Shown: in pieces, positions 42,401 to 54,345 of the stretch | How the letters are laid out: the number at the start of each line of letters is the position of its first letter | How positions within the stretch are numbered: position 1 is the stretch's first letter | NCBI GenBank assembly: GCA_009602725.1 | Contig: WELB01000010.1 | Coordinates: 1,201,585 to 1,265,584, forward strand | Direction: 5' to 3' | Length of the DNA stretch: 64,000 nt | Origin: Spirogloea muscicola | Lineage: Eukaryota | Program-made: the position numbers and the translations under genes | The notes under the pieces: model-generated | What the model saw: the letters and a program-made list of their open reading frames with translations, nothing else | Databases searched by the model: none | Told to the model about the DNA's origin: nothing

Positions 42401-42430
42401 GAGGATGACGATGCATATGACCTGCCTTAG
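39414..42430 (+). CDS. SAMDC-ODC: Predicted bifunctional S-adenosylmethionine decarboxylase - ornithine decarboxylase fusion (~851 aa; exons 39414-40575, 40907-41694, 41825-42430)
   Basis: AdoMetDC motifs: [19 protein letters not shown] (cleavage site), [34 protein letters not shown] motifs: [60 protein letters not shown]. Phase-1 intron ttcg|GTAAGT...ttgcAG|gtaaa joins the two in frame ([20 protein letters not shown]). Domain identities are near certain; the fusion is predicted from splice signals. Confidence 0.88.
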
Positions 42431-43160
42431 CTTAGTCCAGGCATAGGCTCCTCGTGCACCTGGCCTGCTCGGTGCTCCTTAGGAGCCAGTCCTTCTAGCC
42501 TAATTACATGTGTGGCTTTCAAATATTGGTGCTGGCTCCCTTGCCCTTTTGGGAGGGATGCTGCACATTTGCATCTGAATGATTACGGAAATCTGCTCAT
42601 CTTTGCTACATTGCCAGTGCTTGAACACATTTCAATGATGCAATGCATTTTGGCATTGTAGTGCTGGGCTTTGACACCCCCCATCTTATTCGTGGAGTCC
42701 TGCAAGAATCTCCTTGTGCTGGTCTTAATTCATGTTCTGAAGATGACTATCCTTATTTGTAAGCTTGCAAGTAGATGGATGTAGTAGTGTGGTTAGTTCT
42801 CATCGGCTATGAGCACCTACATCACGTACACTGCTTGTGCAGCATAGTAATCAGTTGCGTATATCAGTCCACTGTCAAGAGCATCCTTTCAATGTTGACC
42901 ATGGAACATTGTAAAGCCATACAGGCTAGAGAAGCGTCCTTTGGCTCCTTGGCTGTACAGGAAGTTCTCATTGAGTTGCTAGAAGGGAATAAATGGAATG
43001 AATCACTTTGAGAAAGAATAATGAATGGTAAGTGCAGGCACAATGAAACAACACTCAGCATTTACGCAGCTTTCTTTTAAGCTGGTGCTTGAGCTGTAAG
43101 AGGGCAAGGGAGCAGATGAGGGCAAGGTCCATGAGCATGTGGCAGTATTCAGCTGGCGAC

Positions 43161-46100
43161 TCAAAACATGTCGGCTAGGAGGTCATTGACTGTGGTCATG
43201 GGGCCGTCATCCTGCGAGCATGCAACCCATGTCAGGGTTGAGCACATTGGCGAGCTGTGCAGCTCGAGCCCTTCCTCAAACCCTCGGTGCCAGTGCCTTC
43301 TAGAGCAGCGCATGAGAGCTAAGTGAAGCACATGGACTTGTTGTACATTCAGGACAGGTTTCGGCCATCTGAAATGCAGCTGCAGAGAGCTTGCTGGTGC
43401 CAGCACACGAGCAAGATAGAGAAAGAAAAGGCACGCCTGAGCTGGGGCATTGCCAATGACGTGTACAATACCAGGATGACGATGTCAAAGGAGGCCACAT
43501 AGGTGTCGAACCACTTGTTGACATTGTCATTCCTGCATTGAAGGAGACATTGTGGCCCCTGCTTGAGTTCACAGCCGCAGTGCTGGCAGAGAAATGAAAG
43601 CGCTGGCAACATTATAAGCAAATATTTGAGCAAATTCTTGTTAAGCTGCTATTTCGATGCCTGGCACCGTACAAATTCTGCAACTCTCTGGCTACATATG
43701 TCCTGCCAGAACTCTAGCTAACCTTGTAGCCAGAACATGCGCTTGAAGATTGACATGCTTGATGGCAGGAGAGTGTAGGGGCGTGAAGAATGTCCTTACA
43801 GGAAGCCAACTGTGATGCGATTCTCGTATGGCACGCCATTGGACATGCCCAGGTCGCCGAGGTGGTCCCCAAGGAGCAGGACATTGGTCCGCCCCTTGAC
43901 AATGGCAGTGCCGGTGTCATCAATGTGGGTCCCCGTGCCATCAGCACAGCAGTCTGCTTCCTCGCCAGGGAGTGGCGCTGCCAGCTCAAGCGCGTGCTCG
44001 TTCTTGTTGAGCACGTGAATGATCCGCCCTGCAAGTCAACAAGCCTCATCCTTAACATCAGGTATCATCTCTCAGGGCTTGGATACAATATTTACAAGAC
44101 TCAAAAGCTACGGCTTGTCATCTGTTATCACTTCTAGTGTATGCAAGAATTGAATGCACCAAGACTTCATCACTGCTCCTTGACCAGTCCTGTCAAGCTT
44201 GTCAAAAGGCAACCTCCCTGTGGACATTATTGAGCGGCTGAGATGCAGCAGCTTGCATCAAGGTCGGCTGCCGCTTCTTACGGACCTCTGAAGGTGGTCA
44301 AGTTGCCAGCATCATCAAAAACCATGCGGTTTGAGACTACGCGGATGTTGGGAAATGTGCGGTGCAACTTCTGCCGCACTACCTGCGACGCCTCGTTTTA
44401 TGTACACTTTGAGGAAATAATCTAGAGCAGCATGCCCAGGCAGGCAGAGCAGACACTTTGGCACGATTTGCACGCCAGTGCTGCTGGCAGCTGTGCAGAT
44501 TAGTCCAGGAAGGAGCTGCATAGAATTTGCCGCTCAGCATGAAGACTGAAGCCCTTGATCTGAAACCCACATCCCTAATCCCAAAGAGGCTGCAGCCTGA
44601 AGCGCACCTCTTCGATGACGTCGGCGAGCCCAGCTGAGAAAATAAGCAGCGGCACATCCCATGCCTGAAGCAGCCGCAGATTTGGGGTTTGAGAGTAGCA
44701 AATACAGTCAGGAGCAAATGAGTGCTGAACGCGTGACTGCTGGCGACCCTAAGCTCCACATTCAAGTGGCTACGGTGGTAGTAGGTGTGAACGTTGATAG
44801 ACACACAGAACTGCTTAAGTGCTTGACAGACTTGACTAATCAAAGACTAATCAAAACAGCATAAGTCAGCTTGCAAGGATTAAAGCTCCATTGAGCAGTG
44901 GTCAAAGTAGTCAGTACCGCAAGGGCTTCAAAGAGGGCAACACAGTCGTCCCTGAACGCGATATTGCCGCCGGCCACGGAGCGCGCAATGGCCGCCCGTG
45001 TCAGGCCGCCCTCGAGCAGCACTGCGTGGCAGGCCGACCACCTACAGCCTCCGAAGGCCAGGTGCAGATTGGAAACGTGAGCACAAGAAACTCAAAGCTA
45101 ATCTCAGATCCTAACTCACTCTCTTGACTCCAAACCTGCCCTAATCCCTGACTTGTGTACTTGCCCTACAATCTCTGATTCTTGTACTTGCTGGTCTAGA
45201 ATGGTCAATTAGAGTGGGGCTGCTCTGACAGAATCAATAGATTGGTCACAGATTCTGAGTGGTCGTACTGCTTAGCTACTCTGCGATCAGGGCTTGCTGG
45301 TGGAAGGGTGCAGAGCTCACCACTCGTCCATGAGCCGGAACTTCTCGGCAAACGGGATGGCGGGGTCGACCTCCATGGGGTAGTACTTCTCGTTCAGCTC
45401 GCGCCGCCGGTCGTTGTAGCGCGCATCGCCCTGGTCGACCAGGGCATGGCTGCCTGGCAAGACAGCGGCGATGCGCCCGCGGCTGAACTCAGATGCTGTA
45501 GCGCGCACTCAAGCTAGACACTAGTCACCATAAGACAATGACATTCACAAGACACAGCCACTTGGACACAATTGAACACAGATCTAGCTATCGTTACTTC
45601 AGTTGAGGGTCCGGAGCCAGTCCCCAACCAGCTACTTGGGCTGCCTGAGAAGGAGAGATATGGTCGGGCAAGACTCACTCTGGCCTCGCCGGCCGCCGAC
45701 CATGAACTTGGTCAGCGTCATGTCGAAGTCGGCAATCACCTGGCAAGGGCGGCTCGCGGTGGGCCTCAGTGGGTGCTCAGTGGGCAACGGCCGCTCCAGT
45801 CCAGCAGCACCTCGGCATGAGTGGTGGACCAGCCAGATGCTGCCTTCGCTCGTCCAGCGCCCCCAACGATTAGGGTTCATGGTTTAGATTAAGGATCTAG
45901 AAGGTTTAGGTCGTAGGGTTTAGGGCCAAGATTTAAGTGTCTAGGTTTCAGGATTTAGGATTAGGGGTTGACATCTAGGGTTTTGGGTTCGCGGCGAAGT
46001 GAAATCTGTGCCGGGTTGTGACGCCTGAGCCATGATGCAGGACCCCTCGATCGCATGCCCGGTGACCCCGACCCATGTTGACCCAGACCCGCCTGCAGCT

Positions 46101-46268
46101 TGGCGGCGCCGGCGCGCCGGAAGGCAGCCTTCTTGCGCTCCAGCGCCGCGGGGTCGCCGACGACCACGCCGCCGGGCAGCCGCGGCGGCGCCACCGACGC
46201 CGCCGCCNNNNGGCGGCGGCGGCGGCGCGCGCGAGGCGCGACGGCGGGGGCGGGGGCGGCATCGCCAT
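43161..46268 (-). CDS. NT5C3: Cytosolic pyrimidine 5'-nucleotidase III family (HAD)
   Basis: AGAAKLQ|VIADFDMTLTKF, SHALV, YYPMEVDP...EKFRLMDEW, PLLIFSAGLADVIEE, RVVSNRMVFD, IHVLNKNEHAL, NVLLLGDHLGDLGMS, VGFL, FDIVILDDGPM. The start is approximate because of 4 Ns at 46208-46211. Confidence 0.92.
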
Positions 46269-46383
46269 GGATCCCCGGCCGGTCACGGCGAGCGCTGACA
46301 GCGGTGGCTGCCGTTTGTGCCCGCCGTTAAATGGCGTCGCTGCCATTCCACTCCTTCCTCCGCTTCTCGGCCACATTCTTCTC

Positions 46384-46418
<35 letters not shown>

Positions 46419-46557
46419 ATTGGGCGGCGGCGGCTCGGCCGCGGGACCTGCGGCCTCCGGCGGCGGCGGCCAAGGCCTGACTCGCGCCGGCCGCCTCTCC
46501 CGGACTCTCCGGGGGTCTCCCGGCCTGCGGGAGCGCCCGGAAGACTAGCCGGGGGCC

Positions 46558-49500
46558 ATGGAAGCCGCGGGCGCGACGGCGGACGTGCGCGCCGACGGCG
46601 AGCCCGCGACGGCCACCCTCGGCCCGCGGAGCGTCCTGCGGCTCAGCGGCGGCCGGCGGCCGCCCGCCGAGATCAGCCTGCAGGTGCGCTGATCACGGCA
46701 CTGTCGCCCTCGCTAGCAGGCAGCGAAACGGCCACGCTGATTGTGAGGCAATGTGCATCCGTCACGACGCCTCTGCGGCCTGCTTCAGCACCGCGAGGCT
46801 GCGATTCTTGAGACGATGGTTCAAGCCTCAGCTTATGCAGCTAACACCTTGGTTGGCTGTGGATATTGAGCAGGAGGACGTCCTGGGGTTCAAGCTCGAC
46901 AAGGCGTCCCTGAGCTTGGCGCTGTTCCGGCTGGAGAGGCGGGCCTGCTTTGGCGGGCAGAGGAGAGTACGCAGGGACCTCCTGCTTGAGTTTGACAGCG
47001 CCAAGGCCGCCTCTGACTTCTGCGCCCAAGTGGAAAGCGTTTTTGAACGCTTTGGTGGGATTTCTCATCCTTATTGTCAGTGCAGGCGACAGTGGCAGAA
47101 AGTTGTTGTAGGCACAGGCTCACTGCACTACTCTGTGTGCTTATGCCGCTGCATTGGTTGGGATACTGTGGATAATCGCAGTGATTTTGCAGCTAATATG
47201 GTGGTCATACAGGCCTGCACTCACTATACGATCTATCAGATCACTTTGAGAAGACACATACTGTGCTGCAGATGAGTAGCTCATTTTCCGGCTTGTACGT
47301 ACAAACTTGTATACGTGATGACCTTAAGACAGGAAGTCATAGGTCTGACAGATATCCTTCTGTTACACTGCGTCAGGGCGTCCAAAGCGCTTGTATGTGA
47401 TACTGAACCCAGAGGGTGGTCAGGGAAAGGCGAGACAAATCTTCAAGAAGGACGTGGAGCCCCTGTTCCAAGCTGCCAATATCGACTACACTATACAAGG
47501 CATTGCATCTCCCCTAAGCACCTATCCTGGACACGATTGCTTGCCGTGTGAGATGGCTGTAACTTTTCTAACTATCATCACCAGCCATCTTACTTCAGAT
47601 CAGGTCAGTACTAACTGCGAAAGGTTAGATAGTCAAAAGGCCCCAGGTATTGCAAAACAGGAGGTGTCAGTCGCTTATCTCTTGCACATCCTACTTCTAC
47701 TCTCTGAAGTCTCATCTGGGGGCTCACTGAGCAGCGATATGCTTGATCTGCAGAGACGCAGTACCACAGGCATGCCAAGGAGCTGGCAGAAGAGCTTGAG
47801 TTAGAGGCTTATGATGGGATTGTGTGCGTCAGTGGCGATGGCATCCCGGTGGAGGTCTGTATGACATTAATTACTGGGGCATGTTTCGCTTTTACTGGAG
47901 AGTAAATCGACTGTCTTTGCATATTGGTTTGGGAGTCCCCCACTGCTGTTCAGATCTTTATCGTTGCTGCAGTAATTGCCACTGTCAAGAGTCTGAATAT
48001 GTACAAAGAACCCGTGATACTGGAGGTGCAGGTTGTCAATGGTTTGCTTCAAAGAGGTGACTGGGAAAGGGCAATCAAGATTCCCATCGGGCACATTCCT
48101 GCAGGCAAGGCCATTCTTTGAAGATTCTCAAGTTGAGGCACATGTATGTGTTCACTGAAGTTTGACACTTGGGCTTCTTTTCTGCTGGCCTGCACATCTG
48201 CGCTGCTCTGCTATACTGTATATACTACAATGTACAATCGTTTGCATGTCTCATGGCAGGCAGAAGTGCAATAACCTTGCTTGCTGATGGTTCTGAGCTC
48301 GTGTGGTCTGAGCTCTGAGTTCTGAGACCTGAGCTCTTAGCTTGTGCCAGTCCTCCAACATGGGGCATGCTGTGGGCAGGTTCCGGCAACGGCTTGGCTA
48401 AATCTGCCTGTCACTTAAGTGATGAGCAGTGCACACCAGGCAATGCTGCGCTCCTGGTCATAAGAGGTAAGTGCTTCCTAGCAATTTCTAGATGCTTTTG
48501 TGTACGCTACCTGCTAGATCTCAACAGGCATACTGTCTCAGCAGCCATAAGAACGGACTTTGTTAGCTGTTAGCAATTCACTAAATGTAAACCTCTTGGA
48601 AGCGCAGACAACTGCTTTGTCACTGAGCCCTTGCAGCATATCATTCTTACAACAGGCAATACAAGAAGTATGGATGTGGCCACTGTTTCTCAAGGGGACA
48701 TCAACTTTCGGAGTATTCTCAATATCACGTGGGGTATGTAGTGGGCTGCCTTAAGCTCGCAAGCAATCTTGAATTCAAGAAATCCTCAGTAAGGGCTTCA
48801 CAGAGGCTGTGAGCTTTATTGAGCTGCTTCATTGCTGCTGGAGTCGTCTGACTGGCTTAACCAATTAAATTTGACTCAAATTAGGATGCTGCAGGTTTGA
48901 CGAGCGATGTTGATGTGGAGTCTGAGAAGTACCGATGGATGGGGGGCTTCCGCCTGACATTTCAAGCTATCATCCGAATCCTGTTTCTCAGGCGATACCG
49001 TGGTACCTTTACTTATATTCCAGCTGAAGATGCACGTGCAACAGAAGAAGTACGAGTTGACATGCCCTCAAGCCAAGGTCCGCATTGCATCTTCCTTTCA
49101 GTCGGAAATTATGCAGCTTCACATTTGCAGCTGTGCATGACATCCTTTATCAGTCACAACACCATCGAGCCTGAGGGCTTCTGTACTAGGGCCTTGGCAG
49201 GTGTGCTACGGGAGAGCCTGCTGGCAGGAGATAACGATCCATTTCGATCCGATTCAGCTCGAAGTCTTGGTCTGGACACGGACACAAGTCTCGCAGCAGA
49301 AGAGGGCGGCCAGTGGAAGACCATAGGCGGCACTTTTGTCCTGGTCTGGTTGCAGAACACACAGTGGGCAGCAACAGACATGCGAGCAGCCCCTAATGCA
49401 GAGGTCTGCACACTCACTACTGTGCAGAGCAACCAGTTGTCAACTTCTGGCTGCAGAGGTGCAGCAGAAATTGAAGCTGGAGCAGCTTACTTTGAAGTCA

Positions 49501-50078
49501 TTAACATGTGATGAAATTACATGTACTCAGCAAATCAAGAGTATGCAGGGAGATATTTCTGAGTTCCATGCAGATAACGCATCACTTTTGATCATCCGCA
49601 GTTGTCAGATGGGTGCCTTGATGTACTGGTTGTTCAAGACTGTAGCAGGCTACAGCTGCTTAGTCTTTTCTTGAAGATTGAGGCAGGAGACCATGTGAAG
49701 TCCAAGTTTGTGCAGTATTTCAAGGTGAGTCAGCAGTTACTTTTCTCAATAGCCACATTGTCCTGATTGTCTGGAGTTGCACCAAGTTGAACTCTTGCTG
49801 CTCTTCATGAAAAGTTTGCTGCTCTTGCATGACAAGCTGCAAGCATGTCGTATCATGTAGTCATATCTGTTGTTTATTTGTACCAGATTCGTGAGGCTAA
49901 GTTCCTGCCAGGCAACAGGCTGGGGAGCAGTGGGCACGGAGGGTACATCTCTGTTGATGGCGAAGTTGTGGCGCGGGGGGAGGGCCTGGCGCCCCATCTG
50001 CGCGACTTGATGGAGTACTCAGTGCCTTTGCAGGTCACTGTCAATCAGGGGGTTGCAGCTGTTTTCTGCTCAAGCTGA
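46558..50078 (+). CDS. SPHK1: Sphingosine / long-chain-base kinase (DAGK catalytic domain)
   Basis: LYVILNPEGGQGKA, ETQYHRHAKEL, IVCVSGDGIPVEVVNGLLQRGDWERAIKIPIGHIPAGSGNGLAKS, MDVATV, SDVDVESEKYRWMGGFR, LSDGCLDV, GYISVDGE. Confidence 0.93.
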
Positions 50079-50949
50079 GCTGCTGCCACTTCTATGTTGC
50101 TGTTGATGTGTATACAGACTGCATTGTGCGAGTGGCGGGGTACAGCAGTTGCCCTCGAGGTCGCTCTGATCCACCTGTGCACTGCGGACTGTAGAAGCTT
50201 CAAAAGCTGCCAATGTGGGTTCCTCTAAATTGCCTGTCGCGTGAAATTGGGTGGAGCATTCAAGAAGTGTAAGTTGGGGTACATCTTCAGTCGACTAAAT
50301 TGTCAAAGCCTGTCAGTGATCTCACAGTCAAAGGCTTGAATGGTGGTGTAGTGGCTGTGCGCCTCAGCTGGAGCAGATGAGAGAATGTAGTCTACTTAAG
50401 CTACTTGGCTTGGGAAAGGTAGCAAGCGATTCACTGAAGTTTACAGACCTGGAACGGGTCGACCTGAAACGAGCAAAGCAGAGCCGGAGTCCCCGGGGCA
50501 GCTTTTGCCTCAAAACGCAAGGCCCGTGGTGATTAGCCCCCCGCGAATCAAGCCCTGGTCCCAAGAGCAGCCAACGTGAGTGCAAAAGCACAGTGCAGTG
50601 TTCTGGATGCCTGTCATGCTTAGGCAGTGCAAGCATGCGAATGCCAGTGCTTGTGATGAGCAGCTTATCTTTGAGAAGAGGTGAAGGGTCCGAGGCAGAA
50701 CATGGTAATCTAAGATGGCAGCTATTCAATTGTGGGATAGAGGAAGTGGGACTGCAGACATGTAGCTTCTTCTTTCTTGCTTCCCTGGAAGTATCTATGA
50801 TCCTCTTCACAGATTGCCAATGTTCTCAACCAGGACAGAGAGCTCGCCCAGCTTTCTGGTGCAAAGCATTAGCCTGAGCACGCTGCAAACAGGCCGAAAC
50901 TCGTCGTCGCAAGAAAAACAGATATGCAGCTGGCAAGCCATCTCAATCG

Positions 50950-53760
50950 GGAACACATCTGCACATCTTGTGTACCTTAGATTGGCTATGTTTTGAAGGA
51001 GAATAAGGAAACGAGGACCTAAGCAGCCAAAGATGTCGATTGGCGCTGGCAGGAGCTGATCACATTGGGGGTACTCGGAGTAGTGCTGCAAGTTTCTTTG
51101 TTCAGCACTGCCCACTGCGCGGCCAGCGATGTGTGTCAATGCTGGACCTTTATAGGCCTCCGTAACCACAACATCGACCAAGGCCCGTGGTCCTCCACCA
51201 GGTTGCATGCCCACAATGTCAAGTGTGCAGCGATGATGACGTCCCTGGGCATCCGTGGTGATAGGCATGATGCTGTTCACTTCCACGACCGCACGGTACC
51301 TGGCGTCGCGCATCAAACCCGCCAGGGCATCACGGAGGAGGTTGTGGAGGCCCACCACTTCTGGTCCAGTGGGGCATCGCAGCATGTGAGGGGCGAGCTC
51401 AGCACCCTCTGCACGGAAGACGCCCTCACACTGGCGCACCCCAATCAGGCAGTTAGGTGGGAGGCTGAGGAAAAGTTGAAGCAACGTCCGAAAGGCCTCG
51501 GAGCTGATGCTGAAGGCGTTGGCCACGGCGTGTGAGGTGATCCAGTCTGTGGCTCCAGGTGTGGCGAGGGAAGTAAGTCTTGCCAGGCTCCTTGGATTGT
51601 TGTGAATCTCCGGCAGCCTCCTCAAGCTTCTGCGGCGCTCATCTTCCACTGCCGTAACCAGTCTGGATTGTGCCCCTCTATCCGAAGCTTGGGCGAGGGC
51701 GGAGAATGGCGTGAGTAGGGGTTGTGTAGAGGGGAAAGAGCCGATTGCCGAGTCATGGATGCTCCTCAGATCCGCTTGGAAGGGAAAGGAGCCTTCCTCC
51801 ACATTGCGTACGGGATCGTAGAGGCAAGGGAAGCGCATGGGAAGCATAGAGGCGATCTGGTGCCAGCAGCCCAGGAAGGCTGCTTGCACCGTCTGCTCCA
51901 ACGACCGGCAGCCAAGGCCGCCCATGCGAGTGGGGAGGGAAGCCTGGAGAGAAGATGAAGCGGAGGGGAAAGAGGATGATTGTAGAAGGGATGCCAGGGA
52001 CTGCAGCAGGGAGTTGTCGAACTCCTTGTAGAGCTCGCCCACCATGCCCATTGGGGCGACTGTCTGTTGCAGGTAGCATGCCCGTTGCCCGATGCAGCGG
52101 GTGAGAATGGCCAACGCCAGCTGTGTGTCCCCAAGGAGGGGAAGGGAAGGGAGGGGGGCGAGGTGTTTTTGGAGGCGTTCCCGCAAGTCCACACGCCACG
52201 TGAGCTGGTGTGCCGAGGGTGACCTTGATAATGGCCAGCCCATTGGCAGGGGTCTGGCAGCCGTGGGGGAGCTGAAGGTTGGCGGGGAGACCGCGTGGGG
52301 ACCATGCCACGCTCTTGGACAGGCAAACCCGCAGGCCCATCAGGTCCAGTTCACGAACGAGCAAGGGGTAAGCCGCCATGACTTCAGCTGGAGGTCCAAT
52401 GATGTCTGTATCATGGAAATGAAATGAATGCGGCTGCTGATATCATGGGGAGGGGAAGAGGAGGTCTGGGTGTTGCCTCTGGGTGCGCCGTATAGCCCGA
52501 CAATGTGCCAAGGCAAACAGGATGGGCTAAGAGGATCCCCCTGGCGTGTGCCAGAAGATGACCACAGCGTCTTCCACGACTCTCCGGCTTGCCACAGCAG
52601 CCGCCCTGGGCGACCATAGGCCATGAGGAAAACGGGTATAAGTGAAGGGAAGTGGTTGCGCAGCTCCTCCATGATGACGCTGCGCTCCACTGTGTTGAAG
52701 GCGTTACTATATCCAGCCCAAGGACCATTGTTGAAGGGTCCACGTCGAGAGCAGCGCGGATGCCGTGGACGAGGGCCTCCGCCCCGCAGGACATACCATC
52801 ACCAATTGGTGGGGTCATAGGTGGCTGGTCAGCTGGGGTTTCAGCTTGCTGCACACGGCCTTTGATACCAGCCGCATGATAGCCTCCGTCATCGCAATGA
52901 TGCGGGGACCGCCGCCGGGCGGGATGGCGACCAGGCCGGCGCGTCGGGTATGGAGCTGGCCGTCCGCACCCTGCTGGATGGGCACTATCGAGGAATTTTC
53001 CACGGCCACCTTGTAGCCTGCCTCTACGAACACCCCCTGCATGCCATCTCGCAGGAGGTCGTGGGAACCTCGTGGGAACCGGTCCTCTCGCCCCCGTGCG
53101 CGCAACGGAGCATGTGCGCAGCCAGCTCAGCAGGGTCGGCGTGACGGGCACCGCACTCGCACTGAGTGACGCCCACGATGCAGGGAGGGAGGAGGCCCAA
53201 GAGCAGGTGGACCGCCGTTCGGAAGACCTCATCTGGCATGGTGAGCGCCGCGTATAGTGGGAGCGCCGATGATAACGCCGCCGCCCCAGGGGAGGAGGCT
53301 GAGAGAAGCCGCGCGCGCGCGCCCGCGAAGGTTAGGCGGAGGGAGAAGCTCCACCACCTGGTCAAAGGCCGCTTTCTCGACCAGCGCCGTGTAGCATGCC
53401 TGGGCACGCAGGTCAGGGGTGTGGGCAAGGTGGATGAAAGGGGTGCCTGCTCCGACATGTTGGGGTGGACCGTCAGGAGCCCGTCGCGGGCAGAGCGGAG
53501 GGTAGCCTGGAAGGCAGCTGGCCGATCTCCACTTCAGCTGCCGCCCGCTCCAGGGCGCGCTGGCCGTGAACGATATACCGCTGGCACATCGGGGCCGCAA
53601 CCTGAGCTCCAGCTGCCCAGGTAGGCCCGCCTCGCAGGCGCGGGCAACTGAGCGGAATCCCAAGCCGCAACGGCTGACCGGCAGGCTAGCCTGTAGCAGC
53701 GCAGGTGGTGAGGTGAGGAACGCGGGGTGCTGAATAAGGGTGGCCGCGAGAAGGGGCCAG
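50950..53760 (-). mobile_element. Degenerate non-LTR retrotransposon(s) with restriction-like endonuclease (CRE/SLACS-like); two partial copies joined head to tail
   Basis: RT pieces IAMTEAIMRLVSK, GAEALVHGIRAALD, LDI...FNTVERS, SSGTRQGDPLSP, GLRVCLSKS, ASLPTRMGGLG. Zn-knuckle/RLE region C-x-(C/G)...HMLRC...H(N/D)LLRD...DIV...VDVVV. Multiple frameshifts; the YxDD site is degenerate. Confidence 0.85.
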
Positions 53761-53954
53761 GGGAAGCACTAAGAAAACCAAGCACAATAAGAAACCAAGC
53801 AGCTACGGAACTCTCAGTAACCCCTGCTAAGCAGCCTCAAGTCAGAGATACTTGGCTTCTGGAAGCGGGTCCCCTGGCCAAGACCAGAGGCAGCAGCGAG
53901 GGCTCGTCCGGAAGGAGACGGCCGCGAGTCTGTAAACAGGCCCTAAGGGCCTAA

Positions 53955-54345
53955 GGGCCTGTTTACAATTGGTCGGCCGGTCGCGCTGAGGGGCACGTGT
54001 CGCGCGCTGCATGGAGCGACCGGCGTTAACAAACTTGCGGGCCCGGTCGTGGTCACACGCCACGGAGGCGCCACATCGGACGCTGACCAGGACGCCTTTT
54101 GCCCCCGTCAAGGAGCAAACGGGGCCGTTGGCCACGAGGGCAGCGGGAACTGGGCCCTCCTCCCGAGGAGGGCCCAGTTTTGACCACCTGCCCGAAAACA
54201 ACCAGCTGGCACCCCCTTTCCAAATGCACGGAGATTCAAATACGGTACCGCACGAGCAGGCGGCCGTCGGCCTCCGTGGCCGCGACCCGCCCTTGACAAG
54301 GCGGTCAAGACGACCGTGACCACTCGACCAAGTGTAAACAGGCCC
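53955..54345. mobile_element. PIF/Harbinger (Tourist-like) MITE, 391 bp
   Basis: Terminal inverted repeats GGGCCTGTTTACAATTGGTCG and CGACCAAGTGTAAACAGGCCC (20/21 match), flanked by TAA and TAC. No transposase ORF. Confidence 0.82.
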
